From positions 1,376,001 through 1,440,000 of the forward strand of contig OZ242220.1 of NCBI GenBank assembly GCA_965206745.1: a DNA stretch of 64,000 nucleotides, written 5' to 3'. A model generated the notes under the pieces. The model saw nothing but the letters and a program-made list of their open reading frames with translations. It ran no database searches and was not told the origin of the DNA. A program made the position numbers and the translations under genes. Positions 20,314 to 30,008 of this stretch are shown in pieces. Numbering within the stretch: position 1 is the first letter of the stretch; the number at the start of each line of letters is the position of its first letter. The stretch is from Nitrosopumilus sp. (GTDB lineage Archaea > Thermoproteota > Nitrososphaeria > Nitrososphaerales > Nitrosopumilaceae).

Positions 20314-21180
20314 ATGAATTTTAAACGTTCTACAACATCTATGGCAATAGCCCTCATGGCATTGTCATTAGTTTCAATGACCTCAATTCAGCAAGATGCT
20401 TTTGCGCAACAAAATCAAGGAATGTCGATCACGGCAATCGCCGACAGAGGCTCAGACACAATTACCATTAATGGTAAAACAGTTTCAAGCCTTACAGATG
20501 TTACATTTAGAGTGACAACTCCAAGTGGAAACAATGTGGCAGCCATCGGTCAACTTACACCAGATGATGAGGGTGATTTTGTAACAGAGTTTAGAATCGG
20601 ACCTACATGGAACGAGGACGGATTATACAAGATTACAGCAATGCAGGGTATAGGGAGTAATTCATTATACACACTAAATGTTCTTGTTGAAGTGGTAAAC
20701 GGCATAGTGACTGAAAGAACTTCCGTAACAGAATCAAACATGAATGCGATATTCAAACCAAATGAAAACAATGTTGCAACAGATGCAGGAATCACACTCG
20801 ATCAAATGGAAATCGTGAATGGTTCTACAATGTTTGAGGTTACCGGAACAACTGACAGAATAAGTCAAGATATCACAATAACTGTATCTGCACCAAATGG
20901 AAATAGAGTAGCAGTTGATCAGATATCACCAAACCTTGACGGAAAATTTGCTGCAGAGATTATCGTGGGAGGATCATTATGGAAAGAAGATGGTTTTTAC
21001 ACCGTAATTGTACAACAATCTGAAGATCCAAAATATACTGCTTCAACTAAAGTGGACATATTGGATGGTAAAGTAGTACCAGAATTCGGTACAATCGCAG
21101 CTATGATTCTAGCAGTGGCAATTATCTCAATAATTGCAATATCTGCAAGGTCAAGACTTAGCATTATTCCAAGATACTAA
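20314..21180 (+). CDS. PEFG-CTERM sorting-domain surface protein 2
   Basis: Signal peptide, two related Ig-like repeats and a VVPEFG tail. Confidence 0.88.
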   Translation: MNFKRSTTSMAIALMALSLVSMTSIQQDAFAQQNQGMSITAIADRGSDTITINGKTVSSLTDVTFRVTTPSGNNVAAIGQLTPDDEGDFVTEFRIGPTWNEDGLYKITAMQGIGSNSLYTLNVLVEVVNGIVTERTSVTESNMNAIFKPNENNVATDAGITLDQMEIVNGSTMFEVTGTTDRISQDITITVSAPNGNRVAVDQISPNLDGKFAAEIIVGGSLWKEDGFYTVIVQQSEDPKYTASTKVDILDGKVVPEFGTIAAMILAVAIISIIAISARSRLSIIPRY

Positions 21181-21242
21181 GTTCACAACTTTTTTCTATT
21201 TTTAAATATACATAAATAGAGACAGGTATAAATCGCATCAAG

Positions 21243-22127
21243 ATGAACAACCGTACGTCGTTCGCGTTACTAGCCTTATTGACTGCAGTCGGCGCTGTAA
21301 CCATGACAGCAGCATATGCTCAGGAAGATATTCCAGAAGCATGTGTAGGGTGTACCATAGAGGATGCAAGGGCAATAGCAAATCAAGCATTGCTTGGAGA
21401 CATCCCAATATCTGTTTGGACAGACAAGACAGAGTATGGTCACAATGACATGATTATAGTGCAAGGCCAAGTAGCAAATGTAGCTTCTGGATTTCCAGTT
21501 ACATTAACTGTTGTTAGTCCATTAAACTCCATTGTTAGAATTGATCAACTCAATGTAGCACAAGATGGTAGTTTTGAGACAGCAATAAACACAGCAGGTG
21601 CAATCTGGAAATACGACGGTACCTACACCGTTAAAGTAAACTATGGTAGCACTGAAAAAAGTAACAGTGCCCAAGTTAAACTAACCGGTGGAGTTGTACA
21701 CGTACCAATCTACGAAACACCAGACAAACAATGTGGTGATGGTGATCTGCAAGTAGCTGATCAATGTATACCATTTAGCATCACAGGTGGAATGGTAACA
21801 GGTACAACTCTCATATCTGGTGATAATGGTTCAATTATCATCAGTATCAACGCTGAAAATGACGGAACATTAACAGTAACCCCATCAGAGACAACCATAC
21901 GAGGTATCCAATTGATACTAGTGGATGGTGAACAATGGGATGATGTTGAGATTGTTGGAAACAAAATAACAGTAATGTTCCTAGCAGGCGCTGAGACAAT
22001 TGAAATAGTAGGTACCTATGTGATTCCAGAATTTGGAACAATCGCAGCTATGATTCTAGCAGTGGCAATTATCTCGATAATTGCAATATCTGCAAGATCA
22101 AAACTCAGTATTGTACCAAGATACTAA
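21243..22127 (+). CDS. PEFG-CTERM sorting-domain surface protein 3
   Basis: Signal peptide, CxxC near the N-terminus and a VIPEFG tail. Confidence 0.88.
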   Translation: MNNRTSFALLALLTAVGAVTMTAAYAQEDIPEACVGCTIEDARAIANQALLGDIPISVWTDKTEYGHNDMIIVQGQVANVASGFPVTLTVVSPLNSIVRIDQLNVAQDGSFETAINTAGAIWKYDGTYTVKVNYGSTEKSNSAQVKLTGGVVHVPIYETPDKQCGDGDLQVADQCIPFSITGGMVTGTTLISGDNGSIIISINAENDGTLTVTPSETTIRGIQLILVDGEQWDDVEIVGNKITVMFLAGAETIEIVGTYVIPEFGTIAAMILAVAIISIIAISARSKLSIVPRY

Positions 22128-22199
22128 AAATCACACAACTTTTTTCATTTTTTCATTTTAGTAGTAAAGAAAATATACAAACAAGTATTGGTTAATCGT

Positions 22200-23000
22200 G
22201 TGGATTTAAAAATACTTTATGGCCTAATACTGATACTTGCGATTTCTGCCGTACCCGTATCTGCACAGCAATCATTAATTTCAGTTCAAACAAATGATAA
22301 GAATTATGAAGAAAAAGACATAATTGTAATTTCAGGCACCGTGAACATCATAGTTGGAGAAACACCAGTAGTGTTACAAATATTTTCTGAAGGAAATAGG
22401 GTAGAAATTGCACAACTTACAGTGGCACAAGACGGGAGTTATTCACACACAGTAATTGCAGAGGGCCCGAGATGGCAAAAATCAGGCGATTATAGAGTCA
22501 GCACCTCATATGGTGAAGGAAATATTGTGGAAACAGAGTTCAGATATTCTCTAAAATCAGATGCAATTTCAACTAAAATTTTTGAAGTCGATGCTGGAAG
22601 TTATGGGACTTTTGATGTAAAACATACCATCATAGGAGCCACAATCAAAGACATAAAGGTAGATCAGAAGAACTTGGGACTGGTAGTTCAAATCGAGTCC
22701 ACAGATGAGGGATCAATCACATTAGAGTTGCCAAGGGAATTCATAGGTGCTAACACAAAAGACGATAAGGACGAAAAATTCATAATCCTGATAGACACGA
22801 TTCCGGTGGACTATGAAGAGGAAGGAACATCTGCAGATATCAGAACCATCACAATTGAATTTGAGCAAGGGGATTCAGACATTCAGATTATCGGAACTTA
22901 TGTTATGCCAGAATTCGGGGCAATAGTAATGGTGATTTTAATCGTCGGAATCATGGCCACAGTTTTAGCTGCAAGAAGCAAACTTCAAATGAACATCTAG
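22200..23000 (+). CDS. PEFG-CTERM sorting-domain surface protein 4 (divergent tail)
   Basis: Signal peptide, VMPEFG plus TM helix. GTG at 22200 preferred over TTG at 22188. Confidence 0.85.
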   Translation: MDLKILYGLILILAISAVPVSAQQSLISVQTNDKNYEEKDIIVISGTVNIIVGETPVVLQIFSEGNRVEIAQLTVAQDGSYSHTVIAEGPRWQKSGDYRVSTSYGEGNIVETEFRYSLKSDAISTKIFEVDAGSYGTFDVKHTIIGATIKDIKVDQKNLGLVVQIESTDEGSITLELPREFIGANTKDDKDEKFIILIDTIPVDYEEEGTSADIRTITIEFEQGDSDIQIIGTYVMPEFGAIVMVILIVGIMATVLAARSKLQMNI

Positions 23001-24166
23001 GTCGTAGAATCAAAGGAATACTTTTCTTTGAACGGGGAGAACGAGCGCAATTCTCTAACGATTTTTTTCAAAGAGTCAACTGTTTGATCAATCTCTTGCT
23101 CGCTGTTGAATATCCCCAGAGTCAACCTTAGGGAACCGGTAATTTGTTCGTGTGAGAATCCCATTGCTTGCAACACATGTGAGGCCCGTTGGGTGTTTAC
23201 AGAACATGCAGAGCCAGTGGATGCGGCAATCCCATATTCATCAAGTTTGATGATGAGATCTTCTCCATTCACACCAAGAAATGTAAAATGCGCATTATTG
23301 GGCAATCTTGATTGAGGGTCACCGTTGAGGGTGGCTACAGGAATTTCGTGCAATATTTTTTCAACTAGGGTATCCCGGAGTTTTCTCACACGAGTCATAT
23401 TTTCATCAAGGTTATTTTTTGCAATTTCACAGGCCTTGCCAAATCCCACAATATTTGCAACATTTTCAGTTCCAGAACGCAGTCCATCCTCTTGCCCTCC
23501 ACCCAACATCATGGGATCTATCTTTATCCCGTCTTTGATGTATAATGCGCCTACTCCCTTTGGACCGTGAAGTTTGTGGGAAGAGATGGACAGTAAATCT
23601 ATGCCCAACTCTTTTACGTCAATTGGGATCTTGCCCACAGCCTGAATGGCATCGGTATGAAATGGGACATTCATCTCACGGCATATTTTGGTAAATTGTG
23701 AGATCGGCTGGATTGTGCCCACCTCATTGTTTCCAAACATGATTGAGACAAGGCACGTGCTATCAGATATGTGGTTTTTCAGCTCCTTGGGATCCACAGT
23801 CCCAAAGGAATCGACTGGCAGATAATCAACATGAAGGCCATCCTGGAGAAGCCTCTTGCAAGGCTCTAAAATTGCATCATGCTCAATTGATGATGTGATT
23901 ATTTGCCTGGAGGCGTCATTTTGAGATATGCCTCCAAGTACAGTATTGTTTGACTCGGTCCCTCCAGATGTAATTAGAATTTCAGAGGGCTCAGCATTAA
24001 TCAATGATGCAATCTGTTTTCTGGATTTTTCAATTGCTTTTCGTGCCAATCGGCCATATCTGTGAATCGAAGATGCATTGCCATACTGTTCCTTAAGATA
24101 AGGCAGCATTGAATCTAAGACATCTTGATGAATTTGGGTGGATGCGGCATTGTCAAGATAAATCAA
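22997..24166 (-). CDS. iscS: Cysteine desulfurase (IscS/NifS group)
   Basis: IYLDNAAST, SSHKLHGPKG (PLP lysine) and STGSACS (catalytic Cys). Confidence 0.95.
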   Translation of the reverse strand: MIYLDNAASTQIHQDVLDSMLPYLKEQYGNASSIHRYGRLARKAIEKSRKQIASLINAEPSEILITSGGTESNNTVLGGISQNDASRQIITSSIEHDAILEPCKRLLQDGLHVDYLPVDSFGTVDPKELKNHISDSTCLVSIMFGNNEVGTIQPISQFTKICREMNVPFHTDAIQAVGKIPIDVKELGIDLLSISSHKLHGPKGVGALYIKDGIKIDPMMLGGGQEDGLRSGTENVANIVGFGKACEIAKNNLDENMTRVRKLRDTLVEKILHEIPVATLNGDPQSRLPNNAHFTFLGVNGEDLIIKLDEYGIAASTGSACSVNTQRASHVLQAMGFSHEQITGSLRLTLGIFNSEQEIDQTVDSLKKIVRELRSFSPFKEKYSFDSTT

Positions 24167-24960
24167 TCTGCAATCACATTAATTTTTCCGGGCTTGTAGC
24201 CTTCCTGATCAACTTGAACCGAAGTAAAACCAATCATCTTTAATCTTTGAGTGATTTGCTTTAAGACAGATTCGTCAAATCGAGACAGCATGTGTTTTTC
24301 AACCTCAATTTTTGCAGAGCCGTTCATATCACGGACCCGAACCTGCTTTGCCCGGGTAAGCTGTTTGACAATGGTTTCACCTAATTCAATCCGAGTCAAT
24401 TTTTCAGCAGTGACCCTTTGACCCCAGGGAATTCTTGATGCCAAGCAGGAATTTGACGGTTTGTCATATACGGACAATCCGACTGTTTTGGCAGTCTCCC
24501 GGATTTGGGATTTTGAAAAGTTCGTCTCTACAAGGGGGCTTTTAATTCCATGCTGCTTTAATGCCTCAATTCCGGGCCGGTAATCACCCAAGTCATCAAG
24601 GTTTGTTCCATCAACTAGAATCTCCACATTGTACTCTTTTGCCAGCCTCACCAGATGCTTGCCCAACTCCATTCTGCAATGAAAGCAGCGATCTGAGTCA
24701 TTTTTTATAAAATCTTCATTTTCAAGTTCGCTATAGTCCAAGAAGAGTTGGGTGATGCCAATCTCAGAGCAGATTTGCCTAGCTGTTTCGAGTTCTTCTT
24801 TAGACAGGGTTTTGTAATCTGCAGTTACAGCGATGGCAGAACTGCCTAATTTTTGAAATGCAGCGTATGCAACAAGTGCACTGTCAACCCCCCCAGAAAG
24901 GGCAATCATAACTCTGTCCTTGTCCCCAAACCAATCAACAAGTTCATCAAGTTTTGTCAT
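24163..24960 (-). CDS. larE: ATP-dependent sulfur transferase LarE
   Basis: PP-loop SGGVDS, CFHC, DGTNLDD...RPG and SCLASRIP motifs. Confidence 0.92.
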   Translation of the reverse strand: MTKLDELVDWFGDKDRVMIALSGGVDSALVAYAAFQKLGSSAIAVTADYKTLSKEELETARQICSEIGITQLFLDYSELENEDFIKNDSDRCFHCRMELGKHLVRLAKEYNVEILVDGTNLDDLGDYRPGIEALKQHGIKSPLVETNFSKSQIRETAKTVGLSVYDKPSNSCLASRIPWGQRVTAEKLTRIELGETIVKQLTRAKQVRVRDMNGSAKIEVEKHMLSRFDESVLKQITQRLKMIGFTSVQVDQEGYKPGKINVIAD

Positions 24961-26182
24961 TTGTAACCTCCAATTTTTCGATCTCTCGCCTTAACAATGC
25001 TTCTGTCCCTTTGATTGACTTGCCAATAACATCAGATATCCTCCTTAGATCGTCAAACTCTATTTTAAAATCAGTCTTTCCTTTAAAGTGGGATTTTTTA
25101 TAGCGGACCTGAAAAGGGACGCCGTTCAAACTTACAGAAACACCATGGCTGGATCTAGGAACGATCAGTCGATTCGAGTCAGATATTCTAATTCCCAAGG
25201 TTCCAGTCTCCAACACTAGTGCATCTGCAATATCATCAACGACCTTGTCAGTGCACATTACAGATACGAGGTTTGTAGGCCTGCCTTTTTTTGTGATTCC
25301 ATGATAAATTGATACGTCCAGTGCGCCTTTTTCCATAATTTTCTCGATCAGATTTCCCAGAATTTCCCCAGATACATCATCCACATTCGTTTCAAGTATT
25401 TTTACAGAATCGGTTTCAAAGTTACTTTCTGAGCCCCTAACAACTTTTAAGACATTAGAAAAAGTTTCAAAATTCTTTTGTCCTGCACCGTAACCTACAG
25501 ATGTAACCTTCATCAGGGGGTAATACCTTGCAGACTCGCCAGCCAAATTCACTAAAATACAGGCACCTGTGGGAGTGACGAGTTCTTCATCAGCGTCATT
25601 TCCTTTGATTATCAAGGATGAGTTTTTGAGAATTTCAAGAATCGCACTTGCAGGATTTGACATCGTACCATGGGAGAATTTTACAGAGCCACCTCCAACT
25701 GCAATTGGCAGACAGATAACTTTCTCCTCAAAGAGCCCCAAATCTTCTAGTGCGATGGTAGTTCCAACAATATCAACCAGGGTATCGATGCTTGAGGCCT
25801 CATGAAAATGAACGGACTCGGGTGGGATCCCGTGTATTTTGGACTCTGAAGAAATCAGGGTGTCAATACACGATACGGCAAACAATCTTGCTCTTTCTGA
25901 GAGGTTGATCTCTTGTACAGACTGGATGATCGCATTCTTGATTTCAGAGCCCTTTCTCTCAGCAACAACTTCATCAACATCTAAAATCAGCTGGAGTGAC
26001 TGGACTTTGTGTTTTTGAATTTTTTCAAAATCAATTTTTTTTATAGTAGAGTTTGCAAGAAATTTTTCAGATTCTTTGATTCCGGCAATTATCTTATTTT
26101 TATCAGCGCCAAGATCCACCAACGAGCAAAGGAGCATGTCGCCAGACAGGCCAGCAATTTGAGGATCTATTACGACGACCAT
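24947..26182 (-). CDS. larC: Nickel insertase (NPN cyclometallase) LarC
   Basis: AGLSGDMLL, VHFHE, TPTGA, ETNVDD, KKGRP and ETGTLGIR motifs. Confidence 0.92.
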   Translation of the reverse strand: MVVVIDPQIAGLSGDMLLCSLVDLGADKNKIIAGIKESEKFLANSTIKKIDFEKIQKHKVQSLQLILDVDEVVAERKGSEIKNAIIQSVQEINLSERARLFAVSCIDTLISSESKIHGIPPESVHFHEASSIDTLVDIVGTTIALEDLGLFEEKVICLPIAVGGGSVKFSHGTMSNPASAILEILKNSSLIIKGNDADEELVTPTGACILVNLAGESARYYPLMKVTSVGYGAGQKNFETFSNVLKVVRGSESNFETDSVKILETNVDDVSGEILGNLIEKIMEKGALDVSIYHGITKKGRPTNLVSVMCTDKVVDDIADALVLETGTLGIRISDSNRLIVPRSSHGVSVSLNGVPFQVRYKKSHFKGKTDFKIEFDDLRRISDVIGKSIKGTEALLRREIEKLEVTNDKT

Positions 26183-26271
26183 GATTGAAAACTGTCAAAA
26201 ATGCTTATAAATTCGACTAATATCTCACAAATTTCATTAGATTTAATTATTGAAAATCAGCACCGATTCTC

Positions 26272-27186
26272 ATGATTACTATTATTGGTTCAGGCAAAGT
26301 AGGCGGAGATGCGGCTTTATTCTCAGCCTTAAAACGACTAGACGATCAGATATTATTGCTTGATGTTGCAGAGGGGCTTCCTCAAGGGGAAGCAATGGAT
26401 ATCAATCACATGCTATCTGAGCAAGGAATTGATGTGGAGGTGAAAGGCTCAAACAATTTTGCAGACATGAAGGGATCAAACGTGGTGGTGGTAGTTGCAG
26501 GCTCTGGAAGAAAGCCAGGAATGACCAGAATGGATCTTTTGAAAATAAATGCATCTATCGTAAAAAGTGTCGTGGAGAATGTAAGAAAATATGCAGATGA
26601 CTCGATGATAATTCCAGTTACAAATCCGCTTGATCCCATGGCCTACATCACATACAAGGTTTCAGGGTTTGAGAGAAACAGGGTATTTGGCATGGGAGGA
26701 ATGCTTGACTTGTCAAGATTCAGGCAGTTTATCCACGAGGCAACAGGACACTCACGTGACTCTGTCAGGGCCCTAGTAATTGGCGAGCACGGCGAAAACA
26801 TGCTGCCATTGCCAAGATTCTCATCAGTCTCAGGAATCCCTTTGTCGTCTTTTCTTCCAAAAGAGAAGTTAGACGAATTGGTTCTAAATACAAAGCAAGT
26901 TGCAGCTAAAGTTATCGAGCTAAAAGGGGCTACAGTCCATGCCCCAGGAAATGCAATTTCTGCAATTGTCGAATCAGTCGTAAGGGATAGAAAACAAGTC
27001 ATCCCAGTTGCGACATATCTTGACGGGGAGTACGGTCATTCAGATATCACCATAGGGGTTCCGGCAATCATAGGAAAGGGGGGTGTTGAGAAGATTATCG
27101 AGCTGGACCTAAATGACGAAGAGAAACAGGTCTTTGACAAGGGAGTGGAAAGCGTAAAGAGCGCCATTTCAGGCATCACGATCTAA
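26272..27186 (+). CDS. mdh: Malate dehydrogenase (LDH-like MDH)
   Basis: [16 protein letters not shown] (MDH-specific Arg), TNPLD and GEHG motifs. Confidence 0.94.
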   Translation: MITIIGSGKVGGDAALFSALKRLDDQILLLDVAEGLPQGEAMDINHMLSEQGIDVEVKGSNNFADMKGSNVVVVVAGSGRKPGMTRMDLLKINASIVKSVVENVRKYADDSMIIPVTNPLDPMAYITYKVSGFERNRVFGMGGMLDLSRFRQFIHEATGHSRDSVRALVIGEHGENMLPLPRFSSVSGIPLSSFLPKEKLDELVLNTKQVAAKVIELKGATVHAPGNAISAIVESVVRDRKQVIPVATYLDGEYGHSDITIGVPAIIGKGGVEKIIELDLNDEEKQVFDKGVESVKSAISGITI

Positions 27187-27219
27187 GCATTTTTTTAGAA
27201 TAGCAGATAAAATCCACCA

Positions 27220-28002
27220 ATGGAGATTCATGAGATTTTGGAGTCATTAAAGAGAGGAAAGATTTCAGTGAACAATGCAAAAAAGCTTTTGTCGCTTTAC
27301 TCAATTGAGCAAGTAGAGGGCTTTGCTAAAATCGACATAAACAGAAGAAAGAGAAGAGGAATTCCAGAAGTAATTTTTGCAGAAACAAAAGAATTAGGAG
27401 AGATTAGGAAAATTACAAAAAAGACTCTGGAAAAAACAAACTCGGTAATAATATCAAGGATCAGGAGGGAGGACTATCCAAAGATACTGTCCTTTTCCAA
27501 AAGATTGAAAGTGAGAATCAAGACTGGAAAAAACTGTTCGTCAATTTTATTATTCAAAAAACCGATCAAGTTCAATGGCGGTAAAGTCGGAATTATGACG
27601 GCAGGCACCTCAGATATCGGAGTTGCAGAAGAATCAAGACTGATGTGTGAGGCAATGAACTGCAAATGCATAACGAGTTATGATGTGGGGGTGGCAGGAA
27701 TACAGCGAGTGTTTCCAATTTTGAAGAGGATGATAGATGAGGATGTAGATTGCATCATAGTTGCAGCAGGAATGGAGGGTGCCTTGGCCACACTTGTATC
27801 CACACTGGTTGATATTCCAATCATAGGCATTCCAATCTCTGTAGGATACGGGTATGGGGGGGAAGGAATAGCGGCCCTTGCATCAATGCTTCAAAGCTGC
27901 TCATTGGGTCTGTCAGTTGTAAACATCGATAATGGGATAGCTGCCGGAGGAATAGCTGCAAATATTGCAAACAGGGCAATCAAAAAAAATTATCCTGATT
28001 AG
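27220..28002 (+). CDS. larB: NaAD carboxylase/hydrolase LarB (PurE-like)
   Basis: GIPEVIF, AGTSD, DVGVAG, AGMEGAL, SVGYG and VVNIDNG motifs. Confidence 0.93.
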   Translation: MEIHEILESLKRGKISVNNAKKLLSLYSIEQVEGFAKIDINRRKRRGIPEVIFAETKELGEIRKITKKTLEKTNSVIISRIRREDYPKILSFSKRLKVRIKTGKNCSSILLFKKPIKFNGGKVGIMTAGTSDIGVAEESRLMCEAMNCKCITSYDVGVAGIQRVFPILKRMIDEDVDCIIVAAGMEGALATLVSTLVDIPIIGIPISVGYGYGGEGIAALASMLQSCSLGLSVVNIDNGIAAGGIAANIANRAIKKNYPD

Positions 28003-28061
28003 GATTCCAGACTGATCGTCCTCGTAAATGATATATAACATGCCAAAAAGAAGTTGGGTAA

Positions 28062-29642
28062 TTGGATGGCAAACGTATTGTACTTACTGCTGATCGTAGC
28101 TTGATGACAAATTATAGGGGAAACTTTCTTTACGGATTCATTGCGTGCGGACCGTATGAGGTCCTTCCCGAATGGGTTTTTGACAAGGTATTTTGTCCTT
28201 CAGTTGAGACAGATCCAATAACAGGTGAGGTAAAAGTTGCCCAAGTCGGATTAAGAAGGATAGAAAGTTCACTGATTCAGGGAGGATACAAACGCGAAGA
28301 CGTGTTCATGGCACATCCAGAAATGTTGAACAAATCAATAGGCCCAGATACCAAAGTCGTGGGAATCAATGTGATGGACCCGCTAGGCATGGCGCCAGTT
28401 ACAACTACCATGTCCCCAGAGAAACTGTCCTACGTTGCAATGAAGTTCAAAAAAATGTGTGCCAGCATTATTCAGTTAAAAAAGAAGTATGATTTCAAAG
28501 TCGTAGTCGGGGGAAACGGGGCATGGGAGCTGGCAAAGTCAGACAGAATGAAGATACACGGGATCGACACAGTTGTAGTGGGGGAGGCAGACGAGTTGGC
28601 AGTTGATTTATTCCAGGATTTAGAAAAAAACGATGCGCCAGAGCTAATGCACTGCTTTGTAAGGAATCTCGAAAACATTCCAGTCATCGAGGGCCCTACG
28701 ATTAATTCGCTGATTGAGGCAATGCGTGGATGTGGCAGGGGATGTGACTTTTGCGATGTTAACAAAAGATCAAAGAAGGATCTCCCACTTGAAAGGCTGC
28801 AACATGAGGCCAAAACCAACTTGGATTACGGGTTTGACTCGATATGGCTGCATTCAGATGAAATGCTACTTTATGGATGTGATAACAGAGACTTTGTTCC
28901 AAACAGAGACGCCATTGTAGATTTGTGGAAGGGGCTCAAGGGATTAGGTGCAAACTTTATCGGAACCACACATATGACATTTTCAGCAGTTGCAGCAGAC
29001 CCCACATTGATGCAGCAGATCTCCCACATTAACGAGCAGGATAAAACAGGAAGATGGCTTGCGACAAATCTCGGAATTGAAACGGTTTCGCCTGCAATGG
29101 TAAAGAAACACCTAGGAGTCAAGACAAAACCGTTTGCGCCTGAAGAATGGGGAAGCGTCGTAAGAGAGGGAGCAAAGATTCTAAACGAGAACCATTGGTT
29201 CCCAGCTGCCACCATCATCATTGGCTGGCCTGATGAGACGCCAGATGACATTCAGTATACGATTGACATGATGAGTGATTTTAGAGAGATGGATTTCAGA
29301 GGACTGGTGGCCCCCTTGCTTTATCAGGACTTTAGTGAAAAGAATTCAATGCACTTTGGAAACTTGAACGAGGCCCAATTTACACTGTTTTGGAAGTGCT
29401 GGGAGAACAATTTGCGCGTAATCAATGACATCATTCCAATTATTCTCAGAAACAAGACCTACGGTCCTCCAATGAAGGTTTTCATGTATGGGATTCTCAA
29501 GGCAGGGACTTGGGCGATTATGAGGTATTTGCGAGGATTATGCAAGGATCTCTTCAACGGAAGAACTCCAGATGAGATTATTGACAAATATGCAAGAAGT
29601 AGATCCGTAACGGCACCAAAGATTCAAACAAAGAAACTATAG
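28062..29642 (+). CDS. Radical SAM protein with a putative B12-binding N-terminal domain
   Basis: RGCGRGCDFC (CxxxCxxC), preceded by a VVVGG...VVVGEAD Rossmann-like domain. Confidence 0.85.
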   Translation: MDGKRIVLTADRSLMTNYRGNFLYGFIACGPYEVLPEWVFDKVFCPSVETDPITGEVKVAQVGLRRIESSLIQGGYKREDVFMAHPEMLNKSIGPDTKVVGINVMDPLGMAPVTTTMSPEKLSYVAMKFKKMCASIIQLKKKYDFKVVVGGNGAWELAKSDRMKIHGIDTVVVGEADELAVDLFQDLEKNDAPELMHCFVRNLENIPVIEGPTINSLIEAMRGCGRGCDFCDVNKRSKKDLPLERLQHEAKTNLDYGFDSIWLHSDEMLLYGCDNRDFVPNRDAIVDLWKGLKGLGANFIGTTHMTFSAVAADPTLMQQISHINEQDKTGRWLATNLGIETVSPAMVKKHLGVKTKPFAPEEWGSVVREGAKILNENHWFPAATIIIGWPDETPDDIQYTIDMMSDFREMDFRGLVAPLLYQDFSEKNSMHFGNLNEAQFTLFWKCWENNLRVINDIIPIILRNKTYGPPMKVFMYGILKAGTWAIMRYLRGLCKDLFNGRTPDEIIDKYARSRSVTAPKIQTKKL

Positions 29643-29960
29643 GTTTTCAATAGCAACATCGGCTATGGTATTTCGTTTTGGGGTTATGGAGACAAAGTAG
29701 ACTTTGTCTGCCCTCTCAATACTTTGAACCTTTTTGAAAGACTTTGATGGGACATCAAATTCATAAATTCCCGGTTCGAGCGAGCCCTTTGCATAAAGCA
29801 TGAGATAAGTGTCCCCAGTTAAAGGATAGAGTGGGATAAAGGACATCACGTAGCCTTTGTAAGAGTTGATTGGCATGGTATTTTTCATCGGTGGGGCAGC
29901 TGATGCCATATACATTAAAAAGTCCTCAACAGATTCAAACTCTTCATATTCCATATGCAT
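29637..29960 (-). CDS. Hypothetical protein
   Basis: 107-aa ORF with normal composition and a TATA-like element upstream. Confidence 0.7.
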   Translation of the reverse strand: MHMEYEEFESVEDFLMYMASAAPPMKNTMPINSYKGYVMSFIPLYPLTGDTYLMLYAKGSLEPGIYEFDVPSKSFKKVQSIERADKVYFVSITPKRNTIADVAIENL

Positions 29961-30008
29961 GAAATATCCTAATGTGGTTCAATATAATAACCTAGAGTGG
30001 GATTGCAG

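Larger units (their letters stand above)
20152..22127 (+). repeat. Three near-identical 102-bp PEFG-CTERM tails (20152-20253, 21079-21180, 22026-22127)
   Basis: By hand, copy 2 differs from copy 1 at 6 of 102 positions and copy 3 at 5 of 102. Confidence 0.9.
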
